Below the pieces are notes generated by a model. It saw nothing but the letters and a program-made list of their open reading frames with translations, did not search any database and was not told the origin of the DNA. A DNA stretch of 64,000 nt, taken from contig NC_043005.1 in NCBI RefSeq assembly GCF_006345805.1, positions 16,616,001-16,680,000 on the forward strand. Reading direction: 5' to 3'. Both the position numbers and the translations under genes were made by a program. This stretch comes from Octopus sinensis (Eukaryota). Below are positions 37,956 to 50,502 of the stretch, one piece after another; position 1 is the first letter of the stretch; each line of letters starts with the position of its first letter.

Positions 37956-37978
37956 TTTAATAATACTAATACTAATAC

Positions 37979-38010
<32 letters not shown>

Positions 38011-38295
38011 GCTAGCTCAGATACCAGGAAAACCCAAAATGGCAAAAATTCAAAAGATAGTGCTCATGGGAACTGCCCATATCCTACGTAAAATACTGTC
38101 TATGTAATTTGAAATTTTAAAACTCATAATTTTTTTATGTTTCTTAAACATTCTCTAGAACAATACTATGTGCAAAACCAAATATGTGACACCCTATGCA
38201 TAATACCAACATGAACTTCTAACTTTCTGTCTCTTGAGGTCTTCGGGTGAGACTTGGGAGCCAACTTGTACAAATACAAAGCAAAAGTCAAACAT
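38011..38295 (+). mobile_element. RLE-type (R4/Dong-like) LINE 3' end inside (TAA)n
   Basis: LAQIPGKPKMAKIQKIVLMGTAHILRKILSM* plus 3'UTR; (AAT)n on both sides. Confidence 0.7.
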
Positions 38296-38317
38296 ATAAT
38301 AACAAAAATAATAATAA

Positions 38318-38357
<40 letters not shown>

Positions 38358-38422
38358 TAATAAAGGACGAAAATAAAAAAAAATGCAATCCCTTAGAATT
38401 TGAAATCGGAGGAATTTAGAGT

Positions 38423-38563
38423 ATGAAAAATGTAATTGTCCTGCCTATAATAATTGGTCCATTGGGAACAGAAAGCAAAGAAATAGAATGCCCTGCCGAG
38501 CTCCTACAGGAAGTTTGTGTCTTAGGGAGAGCAGGGATCATCAGGAGAGTTCTAAGCACTTGA
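38423..38563 (+). mobile_element. Another RLE-type LINE C-terminal fragment
   Basis: Manual translation [20 protein letters not shown]...[20 protein letters not shown]. Confidence 0.65.
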
Positions 38564-38719
38564 AAGACTACTGGAAACTTTTGTATACTTAAGGTTAAAG
38601 GCAGTAACCCGCGACCCACATAAATCCTACCAGGAATAAGAGCGAACTTCTGTACAACCAAAATAGTGTAATATAAATAAAATGTCAAATGCTTTGATGC
38701 GTGACTTTTGACCCACCCT

Positions 38720-38766
38720 GTACACACACACACACACACACACACATATGTATGTATGTATGTATG

Positions 38767-38802
<36 letters not shown>

Positions 38803-38979
38803 TGTATGTATATATATATATGTATGTATGTATATATATATGTATGTATATATATATATGTATGTATATATATATGTATATATATATATGTATGTATATA
38901 TATATGTATTATATATATATGTATGTATGTATGTATGTATATATATGTATGTATATATAATGTATGGTATATATATATA

Positions 38980-39014
<35 letters not shown>

Positions 39015-39181
39015 GATATAATATATATAATATCATATATATATATATAATATATATATAGATATATAGATAATATATATAGATAGATAGATAGATATAT
39101 ATATAGATAGATAGATATATATATATAGATAGATAGATATATATATATAGATAGATATAATATATAGATAGATATATATAT

Positions 39182-39250
<69 letters not shown>

Positions 39251-39280
39251 TATATGCACATACAAACGCACGCACAAACA
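38720..39280. repeat. Compound microsatellite (CA, TATG, TA, GATA, CATA)
   Basis: Direct inspection; source of the spurious 298-aa ORF. Confidence 0.95.
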
Positions 39281-39722
39281 CACACTTCCAGGTGTAGCAG
39301 TAAGTCACTCACATTTCATACAAAGGAGTCGGCTCGGATTAGCAGATTAAATGCTAAAATATAAATATATAATAAAAATGAAAAGTTTCGACGCTGCACC
39401 TATACACTAGTCTCTCTCTCCTAGAAATAAGGTATAATCAAACATGGGGGGAAAAAATGGTGTCATTATTTCCAGATATATGTTTGTATGTCAAAAGATA
39501 AAAGACCAGTTATCTCATAAAATTCAGAAGGGATTTTTGTGGGAATGTATGAGTGACTATAAAATAATAATGAATAGAGAAGGAACTATAGAAAATATAT
39601 GTAAAAATGAACAGATCTATGACCAAGTAATCCATCTACATGTGCTATTTTAAATATCAAAGGAATTGCTCACTTGAATCTAATTGCCTACAAAATGAAA
39701 TAAAATGATAGATAGATAGATA

Positions 39723-42036
39723 TGTTTCTTTATTAGCCACACAGGGCTGCACACAGATAGAACAAATTACAAGGTAGAGCTTTCTTTTTTGAAGGTATTA
39801 AAAAAAAAAAAAGGAAGGGGGAGGTTCGATCAAAAGGGATCGTAAAAAGGAGAGAAAGAGGACAAAAATAAGGGGGGTTAAAAAAAAAAAAAAGGGGGGG
39901 AGAGGAAAAAAAAAATGATCAATAGGGATCGTTATCACAGAAATGTCAATATGAAGTGTAAAGGGAGGACAGGTGAGGTTTACCCGTGGAAAGAAAAGCC
40001 TGCGGAAAAGACCACGGTAACCTCGGTCAATGAAGTCACATTTTATATTTCTTTTTTTTTTTTTTTTTTTTTGCAAATAAGCAACTCTCTGTTTTCGATT
40101 TCTGGGTTCATAGGACTATGCTCAAGGTGGCTTCGTCATTCATACGTGCCATTCTTGCTACATTCAACCCATCTTTTTTTAAAACATTCGCTAGACAAAA
40201 CTTGCCTCTCTACTCTCACTTTCCTTTTCAAGTGGTACTGAAGAAGTTGATGAGAGATTGACCAGAGAGGAAAGTGTTTGTCTCCAATCCTTTCAGACGC
40301 GTCCACCAGATACATTCTTTCGCCATAGCCACAAGGATGATGAAAATAGCTCTTCCTTCCCGTTTGAAGGAAGGAGGCGTGACAATATTGACGATAGACT
40401 CAGCTGATAAACCGACTCGTCCCACACGTGACAGCAGTTGTTCGACATAAGCCCACAGGTCGGAAATTGTTGGACACTGAACGAGTGCGTGCAGAACGGT
40501 TTCGTCGCTCTGACCGCATCTCGGGCAGGTCGGCCCCATGTTTCTCGAGCCGTGTCTGTAGAGCTTATCCCGAAGGGTAGCGCTTTCGGGTAGCACTGCC
40601 AGGCCAGGGATCTCTGGAAGTTGTCCATGGGCCCTGGCCCGAAAGTCGTCCCGAAACAGGCGGGTCAGGTACTCCTCGTCGACGTCCAGGTTCGCCCCGA
40701 GCTCGTCGTCGTACCCCCCTCCACTAAACCCTATAGAATGCTTTTGTGGTTGTGTTGAAGTCACTTAAGGTCGACCCAGGACGGCAGAGTTGCTTGAGAG
40801 CAACGCGACACTCGCGGTGCCATTCCCTTCCTCGGCCTCTTTTTGATCCACGACTGCAGTTCGGTCATGGAGACGAGCTGCGGGAAAGCGTCCTGCCACA
40901 AAACGGCGACCACACCTGTTCACCGTCGTCTACATAGAGCCAGAGATGTCGCAGTCTCAGCGCGTGTCTGCGCATCATCAACCACGGCATGCCAGCCCTC
41001 CTTTTAACGGGTGTTGACAGCAATGGATCGCCTGACCATCGGGACGGTTCCTTTCCACAAGAAGCGAAAGAGGATGCGTTTGTAGTTTGGTGATGGTAGG
41101 GTCGGGGACAAGGTACGACGGTCAGGCGGTAGTAGATGACGGACGCGATGTACGTGTTTCGCCACCTCCGCTCGACCTTTTAGGGACAGTTTCCTCTCGG
41201 CCCATTGCCGGCGAGAGTGACCACCCCTACTCGTTATCTCGTTCCAGTTCTTCTCCACTTGGAGGTCCGGACCAAACCAGACCCCGAGCAACCAACCGGG
41301 CCGTCGGTCCAGCGTCCCACGACGGAGGCGCTGGTGGACGGCATGGGCTGCTTCTCCAGTGCCTAGTCGCAAGCCCGCTGACTTTTCCCGGTTGATTTTC
41401 GCTCCTGTCACCGCTTCGTAGTTTTTCAGTGTCTCGCCGACCAGCTCGATGTGCTCGTGGCTAGACACTATGACGGTGACGTCGTCCCGCGTATGCAGAC
41501 ACGCTCGTCCCGCATCCCAATTCTCGCGGGATGCCCCTTAGAGTCGCCAGCTTCCGCAGTAGTAGTGGCTCAAGAGTCAATACGTATAGAAGCGCCGAGA
41601 GGGGGCATCCCTGACGGACCGAACGTGTGCAATGTCGAAAGGTCTCGATAGATGTCCATTTACGCGAATTACCGAACGGATGCCTCTGTACCAGGCAGCT
41701 ATCCAGCCGCGGAAGACGGGACCCGAAACCAGCCGCTCTCAGGACTGCCTCCAAGTATCGATGGTCTACCCTATCAAAGGCTTTTGATTGATCCAAGTTG
41801 ATCAGGGCCCCACCCATGCCAGGTTCGTTAACTACCTGTCTATGATGTATGTAGCGGCATCAGATGGAGGTTGTCATGGATGGTCCGGCCTGGCACGGCG
41901 CATGTTTGCGCCTTGTCGACCAGTTTCTCGATGACAAAGCGCAAAACCTCTTGGCTAGCACCTTGGCCAAAATTTTCAAGTCTGCATTAAGCAGAGTGAT
42001 GGGCCTAAAGTTATCTATTACATTTCCCTTGTTTAG

Positions 42037-42037
<1 letters not shown>
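39723..42037 (-). mobile_element. Tx1/L1-clade non-LTR retrotransposon, 5'-truncated, frameshifted ORF2 (RT plus CCHC)
   Basis: NFRPITLLNADLKILAKVLAKR, LDQSKAFDRVDH, VRQGCPLS, SAYA(D), KINREKS, LSLKGR, CPRCGQSDETVLHALVQCP; GC-rich relative to host; ends AATAAAGAAACAT directly into (ATCT)n. Confidence 0.92.
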
Positions 42038-42129
<92 letters not shown>

Positions 42130-42149
42130 TACACATACATATGTACATA

Positions 42150-42425
42150 TGCAGATCAGGCCGAAAATGTCGCCAGAAGCTAGGATCACCAAGCATAGAT
42201 TGGCATATTTCGGTCATATTATGCGGAGAAAATCCCTGGAGAAGGACATCATGCTCGGAATGGTCAGTGGCAAGAGAGGAAGAGGCCGACCAAGAACCCG
42301 CTGGCTTGACACCATCAAGAGGGATACCGGAATGGACATAGCCAATCTGAAAGAAGCGGCGCAGGATAGAACTGACTAAAGGAGACTGATCCAACGAGTG
42401 ACCGAGAGTCGACTTCGACTGAGCG

Positions 42426-42430
<5 letters not shown>
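42150..42430 (+). mobile_element. RTE-BovB-like LINE 3' end with (GATA)n tail
   Basis: RLAYFGHIMRRKSLEKDIMLGMVSGKRGRGRPRTRWLDTIK...RVTESRLRLSG*; the stop codon overlaps the start of (GATA)n at 42426-42516. Confidence 0.85.
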
Positions 42431-42516
<86 letters not shown>

Positions 42517-42576
42517 GTACATATGCAAATATATATACATAGTATACATACATATATACATACATATGTACATATG

Positions 42577-42612
<36 letters not shown>

Positions 42613-42619
<7 letters not shown>

Positions 42620-43770
42620 CCACAACGCAACAAATATATAATATATATGACTTACTTCAAACGCGTTCAAAACGCTCAGCAACCAGTATATCTTTGTATT
42701 TCATAACATTAACAGTTGTAAAGACACTTCATTATCTTCCTTTATAGTGCTCTGAAAAGTAGATAGAAAACATGTGATATAAAACGAAGCTTCATCAATA
42801 GAGCGGGTTTTCACTATGGTAAACAGAAAGCGCTGTAACTTATGTACAGCAGAAAAATTCGAAAAATTTTGTTGGTATACGGGGTGGGTCATTACAGCAT
42901 GAATAAACAAACGCCCCACGTATTCTATTCTACTTTTTTATTTGTCAAGGGTTGACCATTTACCAACTGAAGAAATGAAAAATAATAATAAGGAAGTGAA
43001 ATATAGCCAGTGTATGTGTTTATTAGCATATTTATCTTCCCAATATACAACAAAATGTTTCAGCACACAAGTTCAGACTACAGTTGCTGCAAACCAAATA
43101 CAATCAAAATGTTCAAAATTATAATTTTCTGAAAAATATAAAAGTACATTAATAAACACCCTGAGCGAACTACAGTATATCCACACAAAAAATATAAAAA
43201 ATACATAAATATTAATATATAAATATATAGGCGCAGGCGTGGCTGTGTGGTAAGAAGTTTGCTTCCCAACCACATGGTTCCCGGATCAGTCCTACTTCGT
43301 GACACATTGGGCAAGTGGTTTCTACTATAGCTCCCAAACTAATCAAAGCTTTGCGAGTGGATTTGTTAGACAGAAACTGAAAGATGCCCGTCGTATGTGT
43401 GTGTGTTTGTCCCCCATCACTGCTTGACAAGCGGCGTTGGTGTCTTCACGTGACTGTGAATTAGCAATTCATCATAAGATATACACATAGAATAAGTTCC
43501 AAGCTTAAGAAAAAACAGAAATTTTTCGACGAAAGCCGTCAAAGCGGTGCCCCAAAGTGGCCGCAGTGTAACGATTGAAACCCGTTTAAAGATAAAAGAT
43601 AAAGATTTTCCCACCCTCCCATGCTATAGCTAAAAATCATATTTGGGCCAAAAATACATTTCAACTCCGTATTTGAATTATTTCTCACCTACAAAGCCCG
43701 TAGAAAATTTCATTACGTTCCATCTGATATACGAATAACCGGTCATGTGTATATTCATATCATCGTATTC

Positions 43771-43818
<48 letters not shown>

Positions 43819-44960
43819 CCACAACGCAAAACAAATATATAATATATATGACTTACTTCAAACGCGTTCAAAACGCTCAGCAACCAGTATATCTTTGTAT
43901 TTCATAACATTAACAGTTGTAAAGACACTTCATTATCTTCCTTTATATGTGCTCTGAAAAGTAGATAGAAAACATGTGATATAAAACGAAGCTTCATCAA
44001 TAGAGCGGGTTTTCACTATGGTAACAGAAAGCGCTGTAACTTATGTACAGCAGAAAAATTCGAAATATTTTGTTGTATACGGGGTGGGTCATTACAGCAT
44101 TAATAAACAAACGCCACTAGTTCTATTCTACTTTTTTATTTGTCAAGTGGTTGACCATTTACCAACTGAAAAATAATAAAGGAAGTGAAATATAGCCAGT
44201 GTATGTGTTTATTAGCATAATTATCTTCCCAATATACAACAAAATGTTTCAGCACACAAGTTCAGACTACAGTTGCTGCAAACCAAATACAATCAAAATG
44301 TTCAAAATTATAATTTTCTGAAAAATATAAAAGTACATTAATAAACACCCTGAGCGAACTACAGTATATCCACACAAAAATGTAAAAAATACATAAATAT
44401 TAATATATAAATATATAGGCGCAGGCGTGGCTGTGTGGTAAGAAGTTTGCTTCCCAACCACATGGTTCCGGGATCAGTCCTACTTCGTGACACATTGGGC
44501 AAGTGGTTTCTACTATAGCTCCCAAACTAATCAAAGCTTTGCGAGTGGATTTGTTAGACAGAAACTGAAAGATGCCCGTCGTATGTGTGTGTGTTTGTTC
44601 CCCATCACTGCTTGACAAGCGGCGTTGGTGTCTTCACGTGACTGTGATTAGCAATTCATCATAAGAATACACATAGAATAAGTTCCAAGCTTAAGAAAAA
44701 CAGAAATTTTTCGACGAAAGCCGTCAAAGCGGTGCCCCAAAGTGGCCGCAGTGTAACGATTGAAAACCGTTTAAAGATAAAAGATAAAGATTTTCCCACC
44801 CTCCATGCTATAGCTAAAAATCATATTTGGGCCAAAAATACATTTCAACTCCGTATTTGAATTATTTCTCACCTACAAAGCCCGTAGAAAATTTCATACG
44901 TTCCATCTGATATACGAATAACCGGTCATGTGTATATTCATATCATCGTATTCCGATATA
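42613..44960. repeat. ~1.19-kb direct tandem duplication (two units), each containing a diverged SINE A
   Basis: 42613-43772 matches 43811-44957; differences are mostly 1-bp indels; units are separated by (TA)n. Confidence 0.95.
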
Positions 44961-44979
44961 TATATATATATATATATAG

Positions 44980-45019
<40 letters not shown>

Positions 45020-45239
45020 ATGTATGTATGTATATATACGGTTTCAGGATCAGGGTCACGTGTTCGCCCAGCGTGAATGTTACAAAAATGGAGGTCATCA
45101 TAATTATAAACACAGCGAGTCAAAATATACATACATTAGTTACATTTCCCGAAGTTAATTACCGATCCATTTATTCCGCTACTCCTGACATTTACACATC
45201 ATATTCACTATTTGTATCAACGTTAATACCACAGCAGCG

Positions 45240-45600
45240 TTGTGGTTGAGGAGTTCGCCTGGCAGCCACGAGGTTTCGGGTTCAATTCCTCTGCACGGCA
45301 CCATGCGCAAGTGTCTTCTACAATATTCCTTGGTTGTGTGTGTGTGTATGTGTGTGTGTATGTGTGTGTGTATGTGTGTGTGTGTATGTGGCCATGTTTG
45401 TCTTCACTTCCACACGTTTGACAACCGATGTTGGTTTGTAGATGCCCCATAACTTAGCGGTTTCGGCAAAAGAGACCGATGGAATAAGTGCCTCGTTTCA
45501 AAGAAATAAATACATAAATAAGTTCTGCGGTCGATCTATTCGACTAAAACCCTTTCAAAGTGGAGCCCCAGAATGGCCGCACTCCAATGACTGAAATGAT
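45240..45600 (+). mobile_element. SINE family A, diverged
   Basis: tRNA-like head, (TG)n and 3' body are recognisable. Confidence 0.75.
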
Positions 45601-45629
45601 AGATAACATAATATTTAAGCTGTCTAACG

Positions 45630-46403
45630 CAACAAGCTGATAGAATCGTTATCACGCCGGACAAAATGCTTAGTCACATTTCGTCCGGCCTTACATTCTA
45701 GATTCAAATTCCGCCGAATTCGACTTTGTCTTTCATCATTTCAGAGTCAATAAATTAAGTACAAAAGGCGGCGAGCTTGCAGAAACGTTAGCACGCCGGG
45801 CGAAATGCTGAGCGGTATTTCGTCTCTTTTTACGTTCTGAGTTCAAATTCCGCCAAGGTCAACTTTGCCTCTCATCCTTTCGGGGTCGATAAATTAAGTA
45901 CCAGTTACGCACTGGGGTCGATGTTGTCGACTTAATCCCTTTGTCTGTCCTTGTTTGTCTTCTCTACGTTTAACCCCCTTGTGGGCAATAAAGAAATAAG
46001 AAACGTTAGCACGCCGGGCGAAATGCTTAGGGGTATTTCGTCTGCCTTTACGTTCTGAGTTCAAATTCCACCGAGGCGGACTTTACCTTTTATCCTTTCA
46101 GGGTCGATAAACTAAGTACCAGTTACGTACTGGGGTCGATCTAATCGACTGCCCTCCCTCTCCTCAAAAATTTTAGGCCTTGTGCCTAGAGTAGAAAAGA
46201 ATATATTAAGACGGCGAGCTGGCAGAAACGTTAGTACGCCAGGTGAAATGCTTAGCGCTATTTCGTCTGCCTTTACGTTCTGAGTTCAAATTCCACCGAG
46301 GCGGACTTTACCTTTTATCCTTTCAGGGTCGATAAACTAAGTACCAGTTGCGTACTGGGGTCGATCTAATCGACTGCCCACCCTCATCAAAAATTTTGGG
46401 CCC
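45630..46403 (+). mobile_element. Head-to-tail cluster of four SINE B units
   Basis: Units start at about 45630, 45765, 46001 and 46207; the last two share private variants. Confidence 0.9.
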
Positions 46404-46654
46404 TCCCCACGAAATCAATATTTAACTTTTCTTATTCCACAACAATGGCATTTCTTACCTTTTCAAAACGACTGCATACATAATAGAAATACATTTCTGT
46501 TTTTATGAAAAAATATGATAGATTCCGAAAGATTTTTTAATGTAAAAATCAAACAAAAACTATTGACTAAAATGTCAACAACGAAAATTAACTGACAAGT
46601 TTCATTGTATCTACCTTCTCTTTCTTCCTTCCTTTCTTCCTTTCTTTCCTTCTC

Positions 46655-46671
46655 TAACAACAACAACAACA

Positions 46672-46741
<70 letters not shown>

Positions 46742-46770
46742 TTATTATTATTATTATTATCATTATTATT
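46655..46770. repeat. (AAC)n-(TAC)n-(TAT)n compound trinucleotide array
   Basis: Direct inspection. Confidence 0.95.
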
Positions 46771-46933
46771 TATAAACGCTTACAATTTCTTATAAGAAAC
46801 CCCTCCCAATTTTCATGAAAAGCAGAAACTTATACATTGGAATAATAACAAAATGACAACAATAACCTTCCATTTTCAGAAAAAATAAATAATACAATGA
46901 GTAGCATTTAAACATAAACTTTCAGCTATGTCA

Positions 46934-46981
<48 letters not shown>

Positions 46982-47752
46982 TTATGTTTCAGTTTTATAT
47001 TTCAAGGGTGTATAACGATTTAACTTTAAACCTGGAAAGCTTTCGTAAGCATCACCAAATGTTATGCTTGCTGATTTCTCCGAATGACCGAAGTGGTGTC
47101 CCTCACTGTGCAGGCGAAATCACACCGAAACACCGGCGCCTGGCAGTCTACCGGCATCATCTGGAGTGCCTGGTTTTTAACACACAAAGTCTCTTAGGAG
47201 TTGTTCCCCGAGACTAAATCTTACAGTGAACTCCTTACATATGTGTGTGTGTATGTATGTATGTGTGTGTAAGCGTGTGTATGTATGCGAGTGCGTACGT
47301 GCGTGTGTGTGTGAGTTTGTCTGTGTCTGTGTGTGTTTGTGTATATGTGTCTCTGTGTGTGTGAGTGTGTTTGAGCTTACAGCTTAGAAATTCTTCTTCC
47401 TGCACTATGTTGCACCATGCAGGAAGCAAACACTTCCAAAATGGCCACTTGAAGAAGTATTCGTGTGTAATTTATTTGTCTAATAATCGTTTGATATCAA
47501 AGTTATATCATGTAACCTTTTGATGTCTGAATACGTTATCCGACAGTATTTATTATAAGTCTTGGAAATTATACGAGATATATACTTCGCTATTACTTAT
47601 ACTGAGTTACCTCTATTTGTCTCGTGTAATTCATACTACAGGTGTGTGTGTATACATACATAAATACATACATACATACATACATAAATACATACATACA
47701 TAAATACATACATACATACATACATACATACATACATACATACACACATATA

Positions 47753-48137
47753 TCTTTATATATAAAAGTAAGGTTGTGTGTCTGTCTCCTACGATTTAGA
47801 TTCCTAACTACTCCCACATTTTGCGGTGCAGTTTAACCAAAAGCGGGTATCTTATAGTCGTGATTCATATCGAGCCCTTCTGGGTATTAGCGCGCGTCTA
47901 CGATTTAAAAAAAAAATTACCATAATTTTTTTCCATTTTAATGCATTTTTTCGCTATTATATAAGGGAAGTAACTCTCTAAAAATGTCTACGATGAGTCA
48001 ACGATTTAAAAAAATTTACCATCATTTTTTGTTCATTTTTAATGCATTTTTTTGCTATTTTTTGGCTATAACTCTCTAAAAATGCTTATATAGTTATTTC
48101 CCTTACAAACCCGAGCAACGCCGGGCGATACTGCTAG
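47753..48137 (+). mobile_element. Non-autonomous Helitron, second copy
   Basis: Same termini and hairpin as 30980-31380, with internal rearrangement. Confidence 0.9.
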
Positions 48138-48149
48138 TATATACATATG

Positions 48150-49600
48150 AGACACGTTTTGCAAAACTAAAACATCTGCAACAGAAGAAAGAGACCAGTA
48201 ACAATCTTATCCAAGATTGTGACTATGAAATCAATAACATAATTAGGATAGTGAATGAACTTGGGGGATAGGTATAAAATAGAGCTGATACAGATCTCTC
48301 CCCAAGGAACATTAGTAAAATATATTTATCAGAAGAACAAATTTTTTAAAGAAATGGACCAGTTCACAAAGTAGATAGTAAATGGGTACTTGGCACGAAA
48401 AACACAAACCATAGAAGGGATCGATCATGGGAAGCGCTTGGAATAGAGTACTGATAAGTTTATGATGTCCCACTTTGAAGGCTCCCTCCGTGCAGTTCAA
48501 GATCAAGGGATCCCCACCATCAAGTGACGACAGTATAAGAGACAAAAAAACGTTGCCAGGCAATAATGTATGTCGTGCAAGATCAAGACTGAAGACATCA
48601 ATCATATTATTGCCAACTGTGAGAGAATGACTTCTAGATATTATCTCCCCTTGGGGCACGATGCAGTGACCAGACCAGTCTGGAGCAGGATAACAAAAAA
48701 AGAAAACCTCTACAGACGAATTTAACTGAGATCTTTTCGGTTTGAACGGCAGTTTTTAACATAATTTCTAGGTAACTAAAAAATTTTAAACTTCATATAC
48801 TGGTAGAATGTGTTTATAAAACATCTTTTTCTCTTGGCTTTATTGAGACAATTCTATAGTTTGTAAGATATTTGTTGTTTTTTTCTTCAATTTCTGCAAT
48901 TTCAACCAATCACTGACGTCCATTGAGGTAAAAAAAACATTCTGTGTCGAATGAATATGTCCCTCGTTTAAGAAACAGATTGGGATTATTTACATTTGTG
49001 AAGAAAAAAAAAGATACCCTTCCCCCTACCCCTAACCCTAACTAACCCTAACCCTAAAATAGATTGAAATGCAATAGATCAATACTAGAGTCATAATTAT
49101 GGGTGACAATTTCATATGACACCGCTAGAAAAAACTGTCGTTCAAACCGAAAAGATCCTTTAATTGTATTGAGAGCGACGGGTCGAAAGAATATTGGTGG
49201 AACTTAAAAATTAAAACAGCCACCAAGTTAACATGCAACTGGCCAGATATTGTTATGTAGGACTACATGAAAAGGATATGTTTAGTTATGGAAATCAGCT
49301 GCCCTCCGGACACCAACGTGGTTCAAAAAATATGAGAGAAAGAGGACACCTATGGACCATTAATTAGGAGTTTGCAAATCTAATACTCAGGATACGCTTT
49401 CAGCTTCATATCTATAATTATTTTGAGCAACAATATATACACCAACCCGTCTGGCGCAAAGTATGGCTGAATTTGGGTTCTTGGAGAGAGAACGCAAATC
49501 CTTATTTCATACTCTACAAATGACCACGATATCTGGGTCTCTAAAATGTGCAAACCCTTGAGATTTAAAAGATGATGCACAAAACAATACGCTTTCTTTC
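48150..49600 (+). mobile_element. Degenerate RLE-type LINE relic (CCHC knuckle plus PD-(D/E)xK endonuclease), interrupted by a MITE
   Basis: CMSCKIKTEDINHIIANC...YYLPLGHDAV before the MITE and YWWNLKIKT...NWPDIV...MEISCP.D.NV..K..EK..TY after it; multiple stops. Confidence 0.75.
48729..49158. mobile_element. Merlin-like MITE, second copy
   Basis: Same TIRs as 8388-8776; flanks TTTAACTG (48721-48728) and TTTAATTG (49159-49166); longer internal CCCTAA tract. Confidence 0.85.
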
Positions 49601-50144
49601 ACAACCTTGCTACCAAGCAGATAGCAGGTCAAAATTTGCTCAAAATTAAAAAGAGAAAGTGAAGGACATACATACATATGTTGGCTATCGATTCGCGATC
49701 GTGATGTCTACATTTTGGACCAAAATTACAGATGTAGGTTTGCAACAATGACGACGAAGGCATAGAGCAGTATCGTAAAAGAAGTACTCCAACTCTTATA
49801 TATAAATGATGCATCACCGAAGGACGCACTAAATTAATCTTATGCCAAATAAATAAGAAATGGAAATGACTCTGTATAAGGAGAATCCATTTTCAGATTG
49901 TGTAACTCGGTTACGAATGCTTACATTCTTAGTTCAAATCTCTCTGGGGTCATCTTTACATTTTTATCTATTTGGGCTGGTAAATTAAAGTAATTAAAGT
50001 TCCAGCCCTGGAACAAAGATTGATTCAATCTAGAGTACACTTCCCTTCAAAATCTGATGGTCATGCGCCTGGTAGAAGCTTGTATTATTTGTATTTATTT
50101 TTTTATTTTCGTTTTTGTTTGCTTGTTTCTTTGAAACTAACTTG

Positions 50145-50410
50145 GGACTCTGTCGGTTACCACAACGAGGGTTCCAGTTCATCTGATTAACGGAACGGCC
50201 TGCTCATGAAATTAATGTACAAGTGGCATGCATATCCTTAACGTTCTCAAGAAGATTCAGCATGACACAGAATGTGACAAGGCCGGCTCTTTTGAATTAC
50301 TACTCATTTTTGCCAGCTGAGTGGACTGGAGCGATGTGAAATAAAGTGTCACCAGGAATTGAACTCACGACTGTAAAGTTGTAAGCTGGATACCCTAACC
50401 GCTAAGCCAT
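50145..50410 (-). mobile_element. tRNA-derived SINE family D, diverged
   Basis: 3' part shared with SINE C (28190-28360); central part shared with 8170-8315. Confidence 0.65.
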
Positions 50411-50502
50411 GTACATTCACTTCTTTGAAACTTTCCTATAATCCAATGTACCAATATTTGTTTCTACTCACTTTGTTTCTCCGTTCTGTTTATCATTTTC
50501 AG

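Noticed and set aside
38416-39312. 298-aa ORF and the many YI/CV/HT/LS-rich ORFs in the track
   Set aside because: They are translations of microsatellites that lack stops; there is no protein signal.
45630-46403. Regularly repeated units that could be taken for a CRISPR-like array
   Set aside because: The units are ~200-bp SINEs with no short repeat-spacer structure, and the context is eukaryotic.
49020-49060. CCCTAA telomeric-type repeats
   Set aside because: Internal to a MITE and present in both copies; not a chromosome end or fusion scar.
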